From an uncultured Dehalococcoidaceae bacterium (GTDB lineage: Bacteria; Chloroflexota; Dehalococcoidia; UBA2979): a stretch of 64,000 nucleotides of DNA. The translations under genes were made by a program, and so were the position numbers. The stretch lies in contig CAZMCK010000002.1 of NCBI GenBank assembly GCA_964565075.1, positions 27,603-91,602 of the forward strand. Direction: 5' to 3'. Positions 25,328 to 33,405 of this stretch are shown here, one piece after another (the first letter of the stretch is position 1; each line of letters starts with the position of its first letter). The notes beneath the pieces are model-generated. The model was not told where the DNA came from. It ran no database searches and saw only the letters and a list, made by a program, of their open reading frames with translations.

Positions 25328-26389
25328 ATGCGCGTGACAGCGATGTACGACCTGCGAGGGGTGATGGGCGACGCCGTCGAGTGGGCGACGCAGCACGAAG
25401 CGCTCGGCTTCGACGCGATCCACTTCCCGGAGGTGGCCCGCAATCCGTTCACGTCCCTGACGCTCGCGGCCGAGCACACCGAGTCGATCCGCGTCGGCAC
25501 GAGCGTCGCGATCGCCTTCGCGCGGTCGCCGTACGTGATGGCGAACCTCGGGTGGGACCTGCAGGAGTACTCCGGCGGCCGGCTCATGCTCGGCCTCGGC
25601 ACGCAGGTGAAGGGCCACAACGAGCGGCGCTTCTCCGTGCCGTGGGGTCCGCCCACCGCGCGACTGCGCGAGTACATCGAGATGATGCGCGCCATCTGGC
25701 ACACGTGGCGCACGGGCGAGCGCCCGGACTACGAGGGCGAGCACTACCGCTACACCCTCGACAGCTACGTCTTCAACCCCGGACCCATCGACTACCCCGA
25801 CCCGCGGATCGCGGTCGCCGCGGTGCGCCCTCGGAACACTGCGCTGGGCTGCGAGATCGCCGATGGCGTGATGTGGCACGGGATGCTGAGCTGGGCGTAC
25901 CGCGACCAGGTGCTGCTCCCGGCCGTCGAGGAGGGCGCGCGTGCCGGCGGCAAGGATCCGAAGGACCTCATCATCTCGGGCGGAGGCTTCGTCATCACCG
26001 CGCCCGACGAGGAACGCCTGCGCGAGATGCTGGGCGAGGCGCGCCGGACGATCGCCTTCTACGCCTCGACGCGGTCGTACCAGGACAGCATCAAGATGGC
26101 GGGGTTCGAGGACGAGGCGGCGCTGCTGCACCGCCTGTCGGTGGAGCAGCGCTGGGCAGAGATGGCGAAGATCGTCGACGACGACTTCGTCGAGCACTTC
26201 GCCATCGTCGCCACGTGGGACGAGCTGCCTGCGAAGATGGCGGAGCGCTATGCGGGCGTGAACACCGAGGTCGCCTTCAGCGCCCGGCTCGAGACGCCCG
26301 AGGACGCCGAGCACGCGCGCGAGGTCATCGAGCAGCTACGGGCGATCCCCGCCTACGGCGAGGTCGAGCCGGCAGCGGTCTCTGGGTAG
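25328..26389 (+). CDS. LLM-class (luciferase-like) F420-dependent oxidoreductase
   Basis: ATG at 25328 after GGAGAGGAG, within ORF 25172..26389. Luciferase-like monooxygenase fold signatures. Confidence 0.8.
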   Translation: MRVTAMYDLRGVMGDAVEWATQHEALGFDAIHFPEVARNPFTSLTLAAEHTESIRVGTSVAIAFARSPYVMANLGWDLQEYSGGRLMLGLGTQVKGHNERRFSVPWGPPTARLREYIEMMRAIWHTWRTGERPDYEGEHYRYTLDSYVFNPGPIDYPDPRIAVAAVRPRNTALGCEIADGVMWHGMLSWAYRDQVLLPAVEEGARAGGKDPKDLIISGGGFVITAPDEERLREMLGEARRTIAFYASTRSYQDSIKMAGFEDEAALLHRLSVEQRWAEMAKIVDDDFVEHFAIVATWDELPAKMAERYAGVNTEVAFSARLETPEDAEHAREVIEQLRAIPAYGEVEPAAVSG

Positions 26390-26458
26390 CGCACGGGGCG
26401 TCTGGCGCGCGGGGGCAAGGTAGCGGCGCCAGTCGCCGGCGCTGTGATGCCGTCGTGG

Positions 26459-26704
26459 TCAGGCAACGGCGAGTCGGCCGACGGGCCGCAGTCCCTCGCG
26501 AATGATCGCCTTGTCATCGTCGTCGATGCCGTCGAGCGACACGCCCGAACTCACCGCGAGGAACTCGTATGCGAAGACGCTTCCTGACCGGTCAACATGC
26601 GCAATGCGTCGATGGTCGAGGCGTCGCCCGCCGCCCTCACCGCCCTGGGCGGCGCGGAGCGCGATGAAGAGCGCGTCGGCCTCGGAGTCGTAGCGGAGTT
26701 GCAC
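26459..26704 (-). CDS. DUF2283-family small protein
   Basis: 81 aa with YDSEADALFI, resembling the DUF2283 signature. Confidence 0.5.
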   Translation of the reverse strand: MQLRYDSEADALFIALRAAQGGEGGGRRLDHRRIAHVDRSGSVFAYEFLAVSSGVSLDGIDDDDKAIIREGLRPVGRLAVA

Positions 26705-26760
26705 GGCGAGCTGCGACAGGACGAGGAGCAGGCGCGCCGCGCGCGGACCGACCGTGCGCG

Positions 26761-27210
26761 CTACCCGCGCGAGGGCAGCAGCACCGTGCCGGTCGCGCGG
26801 GTCGCCATGCCCTCGCGGTCATTCTGGATCGAGAGCTCGATCTCGACGACGTTGCCGTCCTCGGTCGCTTCCTTGCCCACGACTTCGCCGCTCACCACGA
26901 TCGTGTCGTCCGCCATGTTCATGCGGCGCATCTCGAAGTGGAGCTTGCGCACCCAGCCATCCGGGCCTGCGTAGTCGGCGAGCAGGCGGTAGAGGTTCGC
27001 CCGCGTCCAGCCGGTGTTGTAGAAGATCCCGCTGTGCCCGCCCGACTGCGCGAACGGCGGGTCATGGTGCACGGCGTAGAAGTCCTGCGAGCCGCTGACC
27101 TGCTTGACCATCTCGGTCCAGGTCAGGTCGTAGCTGAAGCCGGGGAGCTTGTCGCCGACCTCGACGTCCTCGAAGTACGTCTGCGGCAGCGGGTCGAGCT
27201 TGACGGCCAT
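26761..27210 (-). CDS. MaoC-like (R)-hydratase hotdog-fold protein
   Basis: 149 aa, hotdog / MaoC dehydratase family. Confidence 0.75.
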   Translation of the reverse strand: MAVKLDPLPQTYFEDVEVGDKLPGFSYDLTWTEMVKQVSGSQDFYAVHHDPPFAQSGGHSGIFYNTGWTRANLYRLLADYAGPDGWVRKLHFEMRRMNMADDTIVVSGEVVGKEATEDGNVVEIELSIQNDREGMATRATGTVLLPSRG

Positions 27211-27237
27211 GATCGATCCTCCCTCGTCGGGGTGAGC

Positions 27238-27813
27238 TTACTTCGTCTGCAGGCCGAGCGGGTCGGGGTTGGCCTCGACCTCCTCGGGCTCACGGTGGCG
27301 GAGGCCGGTGTTGCGGCTGATCGCCACCAGTTCGTCGTCCTGGTTGTAGAAACGGGTCTCGTTCACGATCCAGATCGCGTTCGGGTCCAGCCGGATCGGC
27401 TTCACGAACACGTCGGCCACCGAGGGCTGGGACCACAGCACGTCGCCGATCTTGATCGGCCTGAGGAACTCCCACGTCGTGCTGAGGTTGATCGCGCGGT
27501 CCCCGATGGTCGGCACGTCGAGGTTCGGGTCGCCGCGGCTCGGCAGCTCGTGGCCGCCGTTCCAGGACGGCCAGGTGCCGTCGCCGGCGAAGTAGTCGGC
27601 CATCACGCTCGGCGCGATGGTGCTGCCGTACTGGCTCTCGCGCCCGTACGCGGGGTCGAGGAACAGCGGGTTGGTGCCGTAGCACATGTGCTCATGGCGG
27701 CGGATCGGGTCGTGCTCGACGGGATACAGCCCGTCGGATCGCTCGCCCAGCTTGCCCACGTACTCGGTCCGGACCTGGTCGATGTCGAAGTCTTCCGGGG
27801 CGACCTTGCCCAT
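27238..27813 (-). CDS. hotdog-fold protein (MaoC N-terminal / FAS1-like dehydratase type), partner of the downstream MaoC-like gene
   Basis: 191 aa, adjacent and co-directional with the MaoC-like gene. Resembles the ChsH1/ChsH2-type heteromeric hydratase arrangement. Confidence 0.55.
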   Translation of the reverse strand: MGKVAPEDFDIDQVRTEYVGKLGERSDGLYPVEHDPIRRHEHMCYGTNPLFLDPAYGRESQYGSTIAPSVMADYFAGDGTWPSWNGGHELPSRGDPNLDVPTIGDRAINLSTTWEFLRPIKIGDVLWSQPSVADVFVKPIRLDPNAIWIVNETRFYNQDDELVAISRNTGLRHREPEEVEANPDPLGLQTK

Positions 27814-27904
27814 GCGCCTCCCCCTCCTCGCACGCTTGATTTCGGCGCCAGCATACCGGATGAGGCGCGGTCATGGCTGGACGGTGGCCGCGTGGCGCGC
27901 CCTG

Positions 27905-29473
27905 CTACTGGATGCGCCAGAGCTCGCTGTCCGGGTAGAACACGTACCACCCCAGCCAGAAGGCGATGTGCCCGTTGATGCGCTCGAGGCGTTCACCGGC
28001 CGGACCGACCAGCGCCTCCTCGGTGACAGTCCACTCCCCGCCGCCCTCGTCGAGGATCGTGTCCGGGTCCGGCCCCGGTGAGAACGTGTCGCGCCCGCGC
28101 TCGAACGAGCGGATCTCGCCGCCGTAGTCGTAGTTCGGCCACGGGATGCGGACCTCGATGTCCTCGACGTCCGCGAGCCCGCGTGTGGCGACCAGCACGA
28201 TGGGCTCTCCCGCGAAGTCGTCGTTGAGCACCTGCTCCCCGACGAGGTCATCGATGACCCAGGCCTTGCGGATGCCGCCCAGGCGAAGCCCGTAGACGCG
28301 CTGCTTGGGGTGCAGCTCGTCGCTGCGGAGGAACACGGGGAAGCGGATCTCGTTGGTGCGGAAGTAGTCGCCGTAGGGCTGCCCGAAGACCTCGTAGATG
28401 CGGTCGTGGCCGGTCCTCACGTCCAGCACCTCGGTGTTCGGGTGCTGCTCCAGCCAGTCGCGCCACGAGGTAGTCACGGCGGGCAGGAGGTTGAGCTCGA
28501 GCGCGTCCGCGTCGGCGGCGAGGGGGCCGAGCACCGGCTTGCCGGTGAACTGGTTCCACAACGTCCGCGTGGTCCGGTCGTACATGAGCTTGTTGCTGCG
28601 GTAGAGCAGGCCCGACGTGCCGAACGTGTAGGTGTTGCCGTCCGGCGCGCTCCCGTCGAACGCGATCCCGGCGCCGCAGAGCGTGCAGTACGCGAGCGAG
28701 ACCGGCACGCCGCCGATGACGTCGTTGGCGAGCTCGTGCCAGTCCAGGATGCGCACCGGGTACGCCATCGCCTCACCGTTGAGGGCGATGCCGAAGACCG
28801 GCTCGTCGGGGTCGAGGTAGGTCGCAGCCTCGGGGCTCAGCCGGTCCGCGTTGTCGAGCGACGGGATGCCGTCGACGCGCACGCCACCCCAGATGACCTC
28901 CTCGACGCGGATGGTCGTGGGGCTGTCGGGCGCGAGGAAGCCTGCGAACAGGGGGTCGATGCGGGAGAGGAGCTGGCCCTTCCAGCCGGTGAACCCCGGT
29001 GGGGGTTCGAGATCGGTCCCCGCGTACCACTCGAACCATCCGAACCAGTGCGGTCCGAGGTCGACGCCGGACATCGCGATCAGCGCGTCCTGCACGACGT
29101 TGAGCGACTCGATCCCCTGCACGCTGCGGTGGAACGATGCGCGAATGATCTCGAGGAATGGCGCGATGAAGCGGTAGTCCCGAGCCTCCTTGATGCGCTC
29201 GACGGTGGCGACGGTGAGTTCGAGGTTGGTCCCCACCTCGAGCAGGTCCTCCAGGAGCTGGCGGGCCTCCACGTCGGGGATCGGCGGCGTCGGGGTGGGC
29301 TCGGGTGTCGGTGCCGCGGCGGTGGGTTCCGGCGTCTCCGCCGCGGGCTCGGGCTCGTCGTCGGTGCATGCGGCGACGAGCAGCAGGAGGATGGTGAGCG
29401 AAGCAAGGGCGAGCCCTCGCAACGAAGACGTGATGCCGGGGCGAGCAGGACGCCCGCCGGTTCGAGCGCGCAC
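27905..29473 (-). CDS. secreted lipoprotein of unknown function (DUF3179-like)
   Basis: ORF 27905..29494. GTG at 29473 follows AGAGGAG (5-nt spacing). Lipobox LLLLVAAC and a Pro/Thr-rich linker. Conserved YCTLCGAG segment. Confidence 0.6.
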   Translation of the reverse strand: MRARTGGRPARPGITSSLRGLALASLTILLLLVAACTDDEPEPAAETPEPTAAAPTPEPTPTPPIPDVEARQLLEDLLEVGTNLELTVATVERIKEARDYRFIAPFLEIIRASFHRSVQGIESLNVVQDALIAMSGVDLGPHWFGWFEWYAGTDLEPPPGFTGWKGQLLSRIDPLFAGFLAPDSPTTIRVEEVIWGGVRVDGIPSLDNADRLSPEAATYLDPDEPVFGIALNGEAMAYPVRILDWHELANDVIGGVPVSLAYCTLCGAGIAFDGSAPDGNTYTFGTSGLLYRSNKLMYDRTTRTLWNQFTGKPVLGPLAADADALELNLLPAVTTSWRDWLEQHPNTEVLDVRTGHDRIYEVFGQPYGDYFRTNEIRFPVFLRSDELHPKQRVYGLRLGGIRKAWVIDDLVGEQVLNDDFAGEPIVLVATRGLADVEDIEVRIPWPNYDYGGEIRSFERGRDTFSPGPDPDTILDEGGGEWTVTEEALVGPAGERLERINGHIAFWLGWYVFYPDSELWRIQ

Positions 29474-29551
29474 AGGCGCTCCTCTCAGGAGCATGGTGGT
29501 AGCGGCTGCCCTACCAGCCTATCACCCGCGCGAACTGTTGCCTGCGGCACG

Positions 29552-29872
29552 CTAATGGATGGCCTGCTCGACGGCCTCGGTCAGCCAGGCGTTGAGGCTC
29601 TTGCCCCGGGCGCGCGCGGTCTCGGTGGCGGCGCGATGGAGGTCCGGACCGATCCTCAGCGGGATGTTGCCGGAGTACGCCTTGTCAGGGGTGCGCCCGC
29701 GCTCGGCGCATACCTGCAGGTACTCGTCCACCGACGCGGCGAACGCCTCGCGCAACTCCGGCACCGACGTCCCCTGGAACGTGATCACGTCGCGGGTCCC
29801 CACCACCTCGCCGTGGAACAGCTCGGCGTCGTCGTCGAACACGACAGTGGCGCGGTATCCCTGGTACTCCAT
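29552..29872 (-). CDS. hicB: type II antitoxin HicB
   Basis: 106 aa, HicB fold with a C-terminal RHH-like segment. Directly downstream of the hicA-like gene. Confidence 0.75.
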   Translation of the reverse strand: MEYQGYRATVVFDDDAELFHGEVVGTRDVITFQGTSVPELREAFAASVDEYLQVCAERGRTPDKAYSGNIPLRIGPDLHRAATETARARGKSLNAWLTEAVEQAIH

Positions 29873-29888
29873 GACGACTCTCTACCCC

Positions 29889-30149
29889 CTACTCGGTAGG
29901 CTGGATCCCTGCGTGGGCGAGGAATCGCTGGACAGACGCTACCGATCCCTTGTCAGCCTCCTTGCGCGGGTGCGGGCGATGGAAGATCGCGATCACGTCG
30001 TGCAACTCGACCGCTATGCGCGAGCCCGCGCGCTCCTCGATGTCCGCACCACACGCGACGAGGAGTGATTCGACATCCGCCCAGCGGATACCAGCCTGTG
30101 TCGGCTGGCGAAAGACTGCCTCCAGCGTGCGACGATGCCGCCGCCTCAC
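29889..30149 (-). CDS. hicA: type II toxin HicA (mRNA interferase)
   Basis: 86 aa, YcfA/HicA-like. A GATATC...GATATC palindrome lies just upstream. Confidence 0.65.
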   Translation of the reverse strand: MRRRHRRTLEAVFRQPTQAGIRWADVESLLVACGADIEERAGSRIAVELHDVIAIFHRPHPRKEADKGSVASVQRFLAHAGIQPTE

Positions 30150-30199
30150 CGGCGTATGATATCACTACAAGATATCGTCTGCACGCCGCCTGATGCCGC

Positions 30200-30613
30200 T
30201 CACGCAGGCACGAACACCGGGATCGGGTACTCGCCCTCGTCCTGCTCCTCGAACGACACGCGCACGCGCATCCCGCACTCGATGTCGGTGGTGGGGTTCT
30301 CCACGCCCATGATGTTCGTGAAGATGCGGAACCCCTCGTCCAGGTCCACGTACGCCACGGCGTACGCGCCGAGGTCCGAGAAGCTCGGGTTCCGGTTCTG
30401 CCGCACCACCGAGTACGTGTAGACGGTGCCCTCGCCTGCCGAGGTGCGCCACTCGAGGTCGTCGGTGCCGCACGCCGTGCAGTGCAGCCGGGGTGTGAAC
30501 ACCACCTCGGGGCAGGTGTTGCACGTCTGGTAGCGCAGCTTGCGCTCCTTGACGCCCTCCCAGTACGGCTCGGTGTTCGGCTCGGGGAATCGTGGCTGGG
30601 GCCGGTTCGGCAT
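30200..30613 (-). CDS. DUF35 OB-fold / Zn-ribbon protein (thiolase-partner)
   Basis: 137 aa with a CxxC...CxxC zinc ribbon (CNTCPE..CTACG) followed by an OB-fold. Co-operonic with the SCP-x thiolase. Confidence 0.8.
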   Translation of the reverse strand: MPNRPQPRFPEPNTEPYWEGVKERKLRYQTCNTCPEVVFTPRLHCTACGTDDLEWRTSAGEGTVYTYSVVRQNRNPSFSDLGAYAVAYVDLDEGFRIFTNIMGVENPTTDIECGMRVRVSFEEQDEGEYPIPVFVPA

Positions 30614-30655
30614 TGCTGTACTCCGTTCGTGTCGTTCGTTGTGTGGGCGTCCGCG

Positions 30656-31858
30656 CTAGTCGCGCGCGAGGATGACGGTGCCGCCGGAGTGTGACCCGCC
30701 CAGCGTGCCGCCGTTGCCGTGCGCTACGGCCAGGCTTGCACCCTCCACCTGCGAGGTGGACTCGCCACGCAGCTGCCGCACCGACTCGAGCAGCAGGAAC
30801 AGCCCTCGCATGCCCGGGTGGTTCGAGGACAGCCCGCCGCCGTCCGTGTTGAGTGTCGGCCTGAGCCCGCTGTCGAAGCGCAGCCGGCCGCCCTGCACGA
30901 AGTCGCCGATTTCGCCCTTGCCGCAGAACCCGAGGTCCTCGATGCACGTCGCCGTGGTGATCGAGAACGAGTCGTAGATCATCGCGATGTCGATCTCTTC
31001 AGCCGTGACGCCTGCCTGGGCGTAGGCGATCGGCGCGCTCTGCGCGCCGGCGGTGGTGGTGATATCGCCGCCGTTCTCGCGGTACTTCGTCGCCTCGCCG
31101 GTGCCGAGGATCCAGACGGGCGGCTTTGCGATGTCCTGCGCCACCTCGGGCGAGACGATGACGAGCGCCCCGCCGCCGTCGCTGACCATGCAGCATTCGA
31201 GGAGGTGCAGCGGGTCGGCGATGACCCGCGAGTCGAGCACGTCCTCGATGGTGATCTCGCTGACGGGGTGGACGGCGCCGAACTCGAGGTCGTTCATCGC
31301 CTGCACGGCCTCGGGGTTACGCATCGCGTGGGCGCGGGTAACCACGGAAAGCTCCGCGAAGGCCTCCTCGGGAGTGCCGTACTCGTGCATGTGCCGCATC
31401 TTCACCATGGCGTAGCCGGAGATCAGCGTGAGGCCGTAGGGGTCCTCCATGTTGCCCTGCCAGTTGGCGGGCCCCTGCCCGGTCATGCCGCCGGTGCCGA
31501 TGGCGCGCCGGTCGGAGTGCGACGTCGAGCCGTAGCTGAGCACCGCGACGTTGCAGGCGCCCGCGGCGATGTCGCGCAGGGCGTGCGCGGTCTGGAACTC
31601 GAACGCCGACCCGCCGACCTGCGTGGTGTCGGTGACGGTGGGCTTGATGCCCAGGTACGCGGCCATGCCGAGGCCGCCGCCACCCTCGCCCTCGTCGCAG
31701 TCGTAGAGGCCGTCGACGTCGGACCAGTCGAGGCCGGCGTCGGCGAGTGCCGCGCGGATCGACTCGACCTTGATCTGCATCGCACTCACGCCGGGCGCGA
31801 CGCGCAGGGGGTATTCGTGGATGCCGGCGATCGCCGCCAGCCGGCTCTGGGTGGCCAT
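30656..31858 (-). CDS. thiolase-like SCP-x / lipid-transfer-protein family enzyme
   Basis: Internal ATG (MATQSRLAAI..) of ORF 30656..31936, 7 nt after GAAGGAG. Thiolase-fold motifs. Confidence 0.8.
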   Translation of the reverse strand: MATQSRLAAIAGIHEYPLRVAPGVSAMQIKVESIRAALADAGLDWSDVDGLYDCDEGEGGGGLGMAAYLGIKPTVTDTTQVGGSAFEFQTAHALRDIAAGACNVAVLSYGSTSHSDRRAIGTGGMTGQGPANWQGNMEDPYGLTLISGYAMVKMRHMHEYGTPEEAFAELSVVTRAHAMRNPEAVQAMNDLEFGAVHPVSEITIEDVLDSRVIADPLHLLECCMVSDGGGALVIVSPEVAQDIAKPPVWILGTGEATKYRENGGDITTTAGAQSAPIAYAQAGVTAEEIDIAMIYDSFSITTATCIEDLGFCGKGEIGDFVQGGRLRFDSGLRPTLNTDGGGLSSNHPGMRGLFLLLESVRQLRGESTSQVEGASLAVAHGNGGTLGGSHSGGTVILARD

Positions 31859-31957
31859 GGGTGACTCCTTCGGCGGCGCCGCGGTGCCTGCGGCGCGTTG
31901 CACGCGCACTAGAGCACTCGTGCGCGAGCGCGTCAACGCCGCGAAGCAGGAGTCGCG

Positions 31958-32263
31958 TTACGTCGTGTCGACTGGGTCGATTGAGGTGAGTCGGTCGCCC
32001 AGGCGGTCCTCGGCGAGTTCGAGGTCGTACTGGTTCTGCAGGCCCATCCAAAAGCGCGCGCTGGTACCGAAGTAGCGGGAGAGGAGCAGCGCGGTTTCCG
32101 CGGTGATGGACCGCTCGCCATGGACGATGGCGTGGATGCGTCGCGCGTCGACGCCGATCGCCTTCGCCAGGCGGTACTGCGTGATCTCCATCGGCCGCAG
32201 GAACTCCTCGTCGAGGATCTCTCCGGGGTGGATGGATGGGAGGGTGCGGTCCGTTGTCGTCAT
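31958..32263 (-). CDS. higA: type II antitoxin HigA (XRE-type HTH)
   Basis: Internal ATG (MTTTDRTLPSIHPGEIL..) of ORF 31958..32353. HigA-family HTH. Confidence 0.7.
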   Translation of the reverse strand: MTTTDRTLPSIHPGEILDEEFLRPMEITQYRLAKAIGVDARRIHAIVHGERSITAETALLLSRYFGTSARFWMGLQNQYDLELAEDRLGDRLTSIDPVDTT

Positions 32264-32286
32264 TTCGATCTCACGCTCTGTTCCTG

Positions 32287-32577
32287 CTAATCGTAGTCCA
32301 CGATCTCTACCCCGTGGGCTTCTCCGTCGATCCAGACGAAGCAGCTCCGCCACTGGTGGTTGATCCTGATGCTGTGTTGGCGTCGCCGATCGCCAGAGAG
32401 TGCCTCGAGGCGATTGCCCGGTGCGGCTCTGAGGTCGTTCAGGTCGTCAGCGCTATTCAGCATCATGAGTTTCCGCTGCGCACGGCGCTGGATGTCGGGC
32501 GGGAGCCTCCGCGCGCGGCGTCCCTCGGTAAGGGCACGGGCGTCGGGATCTCTGAAGCTCGCGATCACGACATCCAC
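32287..32577 (-). CDS. higB: type II toxin HigB (RelE/ParE superfamily killer protein)
   Basis: 96 aa, killer-protein family pattern (...NRLEALSGDRRRQHSIRINHQWRSCFVW...VEIVDY). Confidence 0.7.
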   Translation of the reverse strand: MDVVIASFRDPDARALTEGRRARRLPPDIQRRAQRKLMMLNSADDLNDLRAAPGNRLEALSGDRRRQHSIRINHQWRSCFVWIDGEAHGVEIVDYD

Positions 32578-32670
32578 GATAGCTCGCTGCGCTAATAGCG
32601 CAACCCACTATTACAATGTGGATTTGCGGCATGCCTTGCCCGCCGCGCGAGGCGCGGCTACGGTTCGGCG

Positions 32671-33300
32671 ATGCGAGTAGGTCTCATCTCGGATACGCAT
32701 CTCCCCTCCCTCATCCGCCACCTCGACGGGCTCGGGCCGGAGCCCGCCGCCTTCCTCGAGACCGTCGACTTGATCCTGCACGCGGGTGACATCAGCACCC
32801 GCACCGTGCTCGACTGGTGCGAGCAGTTCGCGCCGGTCCTCGCCGCGCGCGGCAACCACGACGTCTTCGACGACCCACGGCTCGCCGAACGCCAGGTCGT
32901 GGAGCTCGAGGGCTGGCGCATCGGCATGACCCACGACCTGCGGCCGCGCACTGCGCCGCCCGTAGACCTGGCCGCGCTGCACTTCGGCGGCGCCGAGCTG
33001 GACGTGATGGTCGGGGGCGACACGCACGTCGAGTGGCTCGAGTACCGCGACAGCGTGCTGCTGGTGAACTCCGGCAGCCCGAACCTGCCGCACAACAAGG
33101 AGACGCGGCTCGGCACCGTCGGGCTGCTCGAACTCGAGCGCGGCCGGCTGCGGGCCGAGATCCTGACGCTCGGCGAGACGGATGGGCGACCAAACCCCGG
33201 TAGCCGCCAGCACGTCGAGATCGAGGGTGGCCGCCTCATCGGGAGCTCGTACAGGGACGACCACACCGCCGAGCCGCCGCGCGCCGCCTTGCGAGGCTAG
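32671..33300 (+). CDS. metallophosphoesterase (YfcE/MJ0936 family)
   Basis: 209 aa with GDxH, GNHD and GHTH-like motifs (ISDTHLP, HAGD, GNHD, GDTHV). Confidence 0.75.
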   Translation: MRVGLISDTHLPSLIRHLDGLGPEPAAFLETVDLILHAGDISTRTVLDWCEQFAPVLAARGNHDVFDDPRLAERQVVELEGWRIGMTHDLRPRTAPPVDLAALHFGGAELDVMVGGDTHVEWLEYRDSVLLVNSGSPNLPHNKETRLGTVGLLELERGRLRAEILTLGETDGRPNPGSRQHVEIEGGRLIGSSYRDDHTAEPPRAALRG

Positions 33301-33336
33301 CGGCCCCAGCCGGGTGCGGCCTTCGGCTCTCCCAGG

Positions 33337-33354
33337 GTTCTGACACACGGCGCC
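33337..33354 (+). promoter_or_regulatory. conserved motif GTTCTGACACAC-N-GCGCC, copy 2 (upstream of the SSF symporter)
   Basis: See copy 1. Lies 52-61 nt upstream of the symporter start. Confidence 0.5.
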
Positions 33355-33405
33355 TCCATCGCTAACCTCATTCGTGATTGAGACGACGTAGCCCCGTCGA
33401 CGGGA

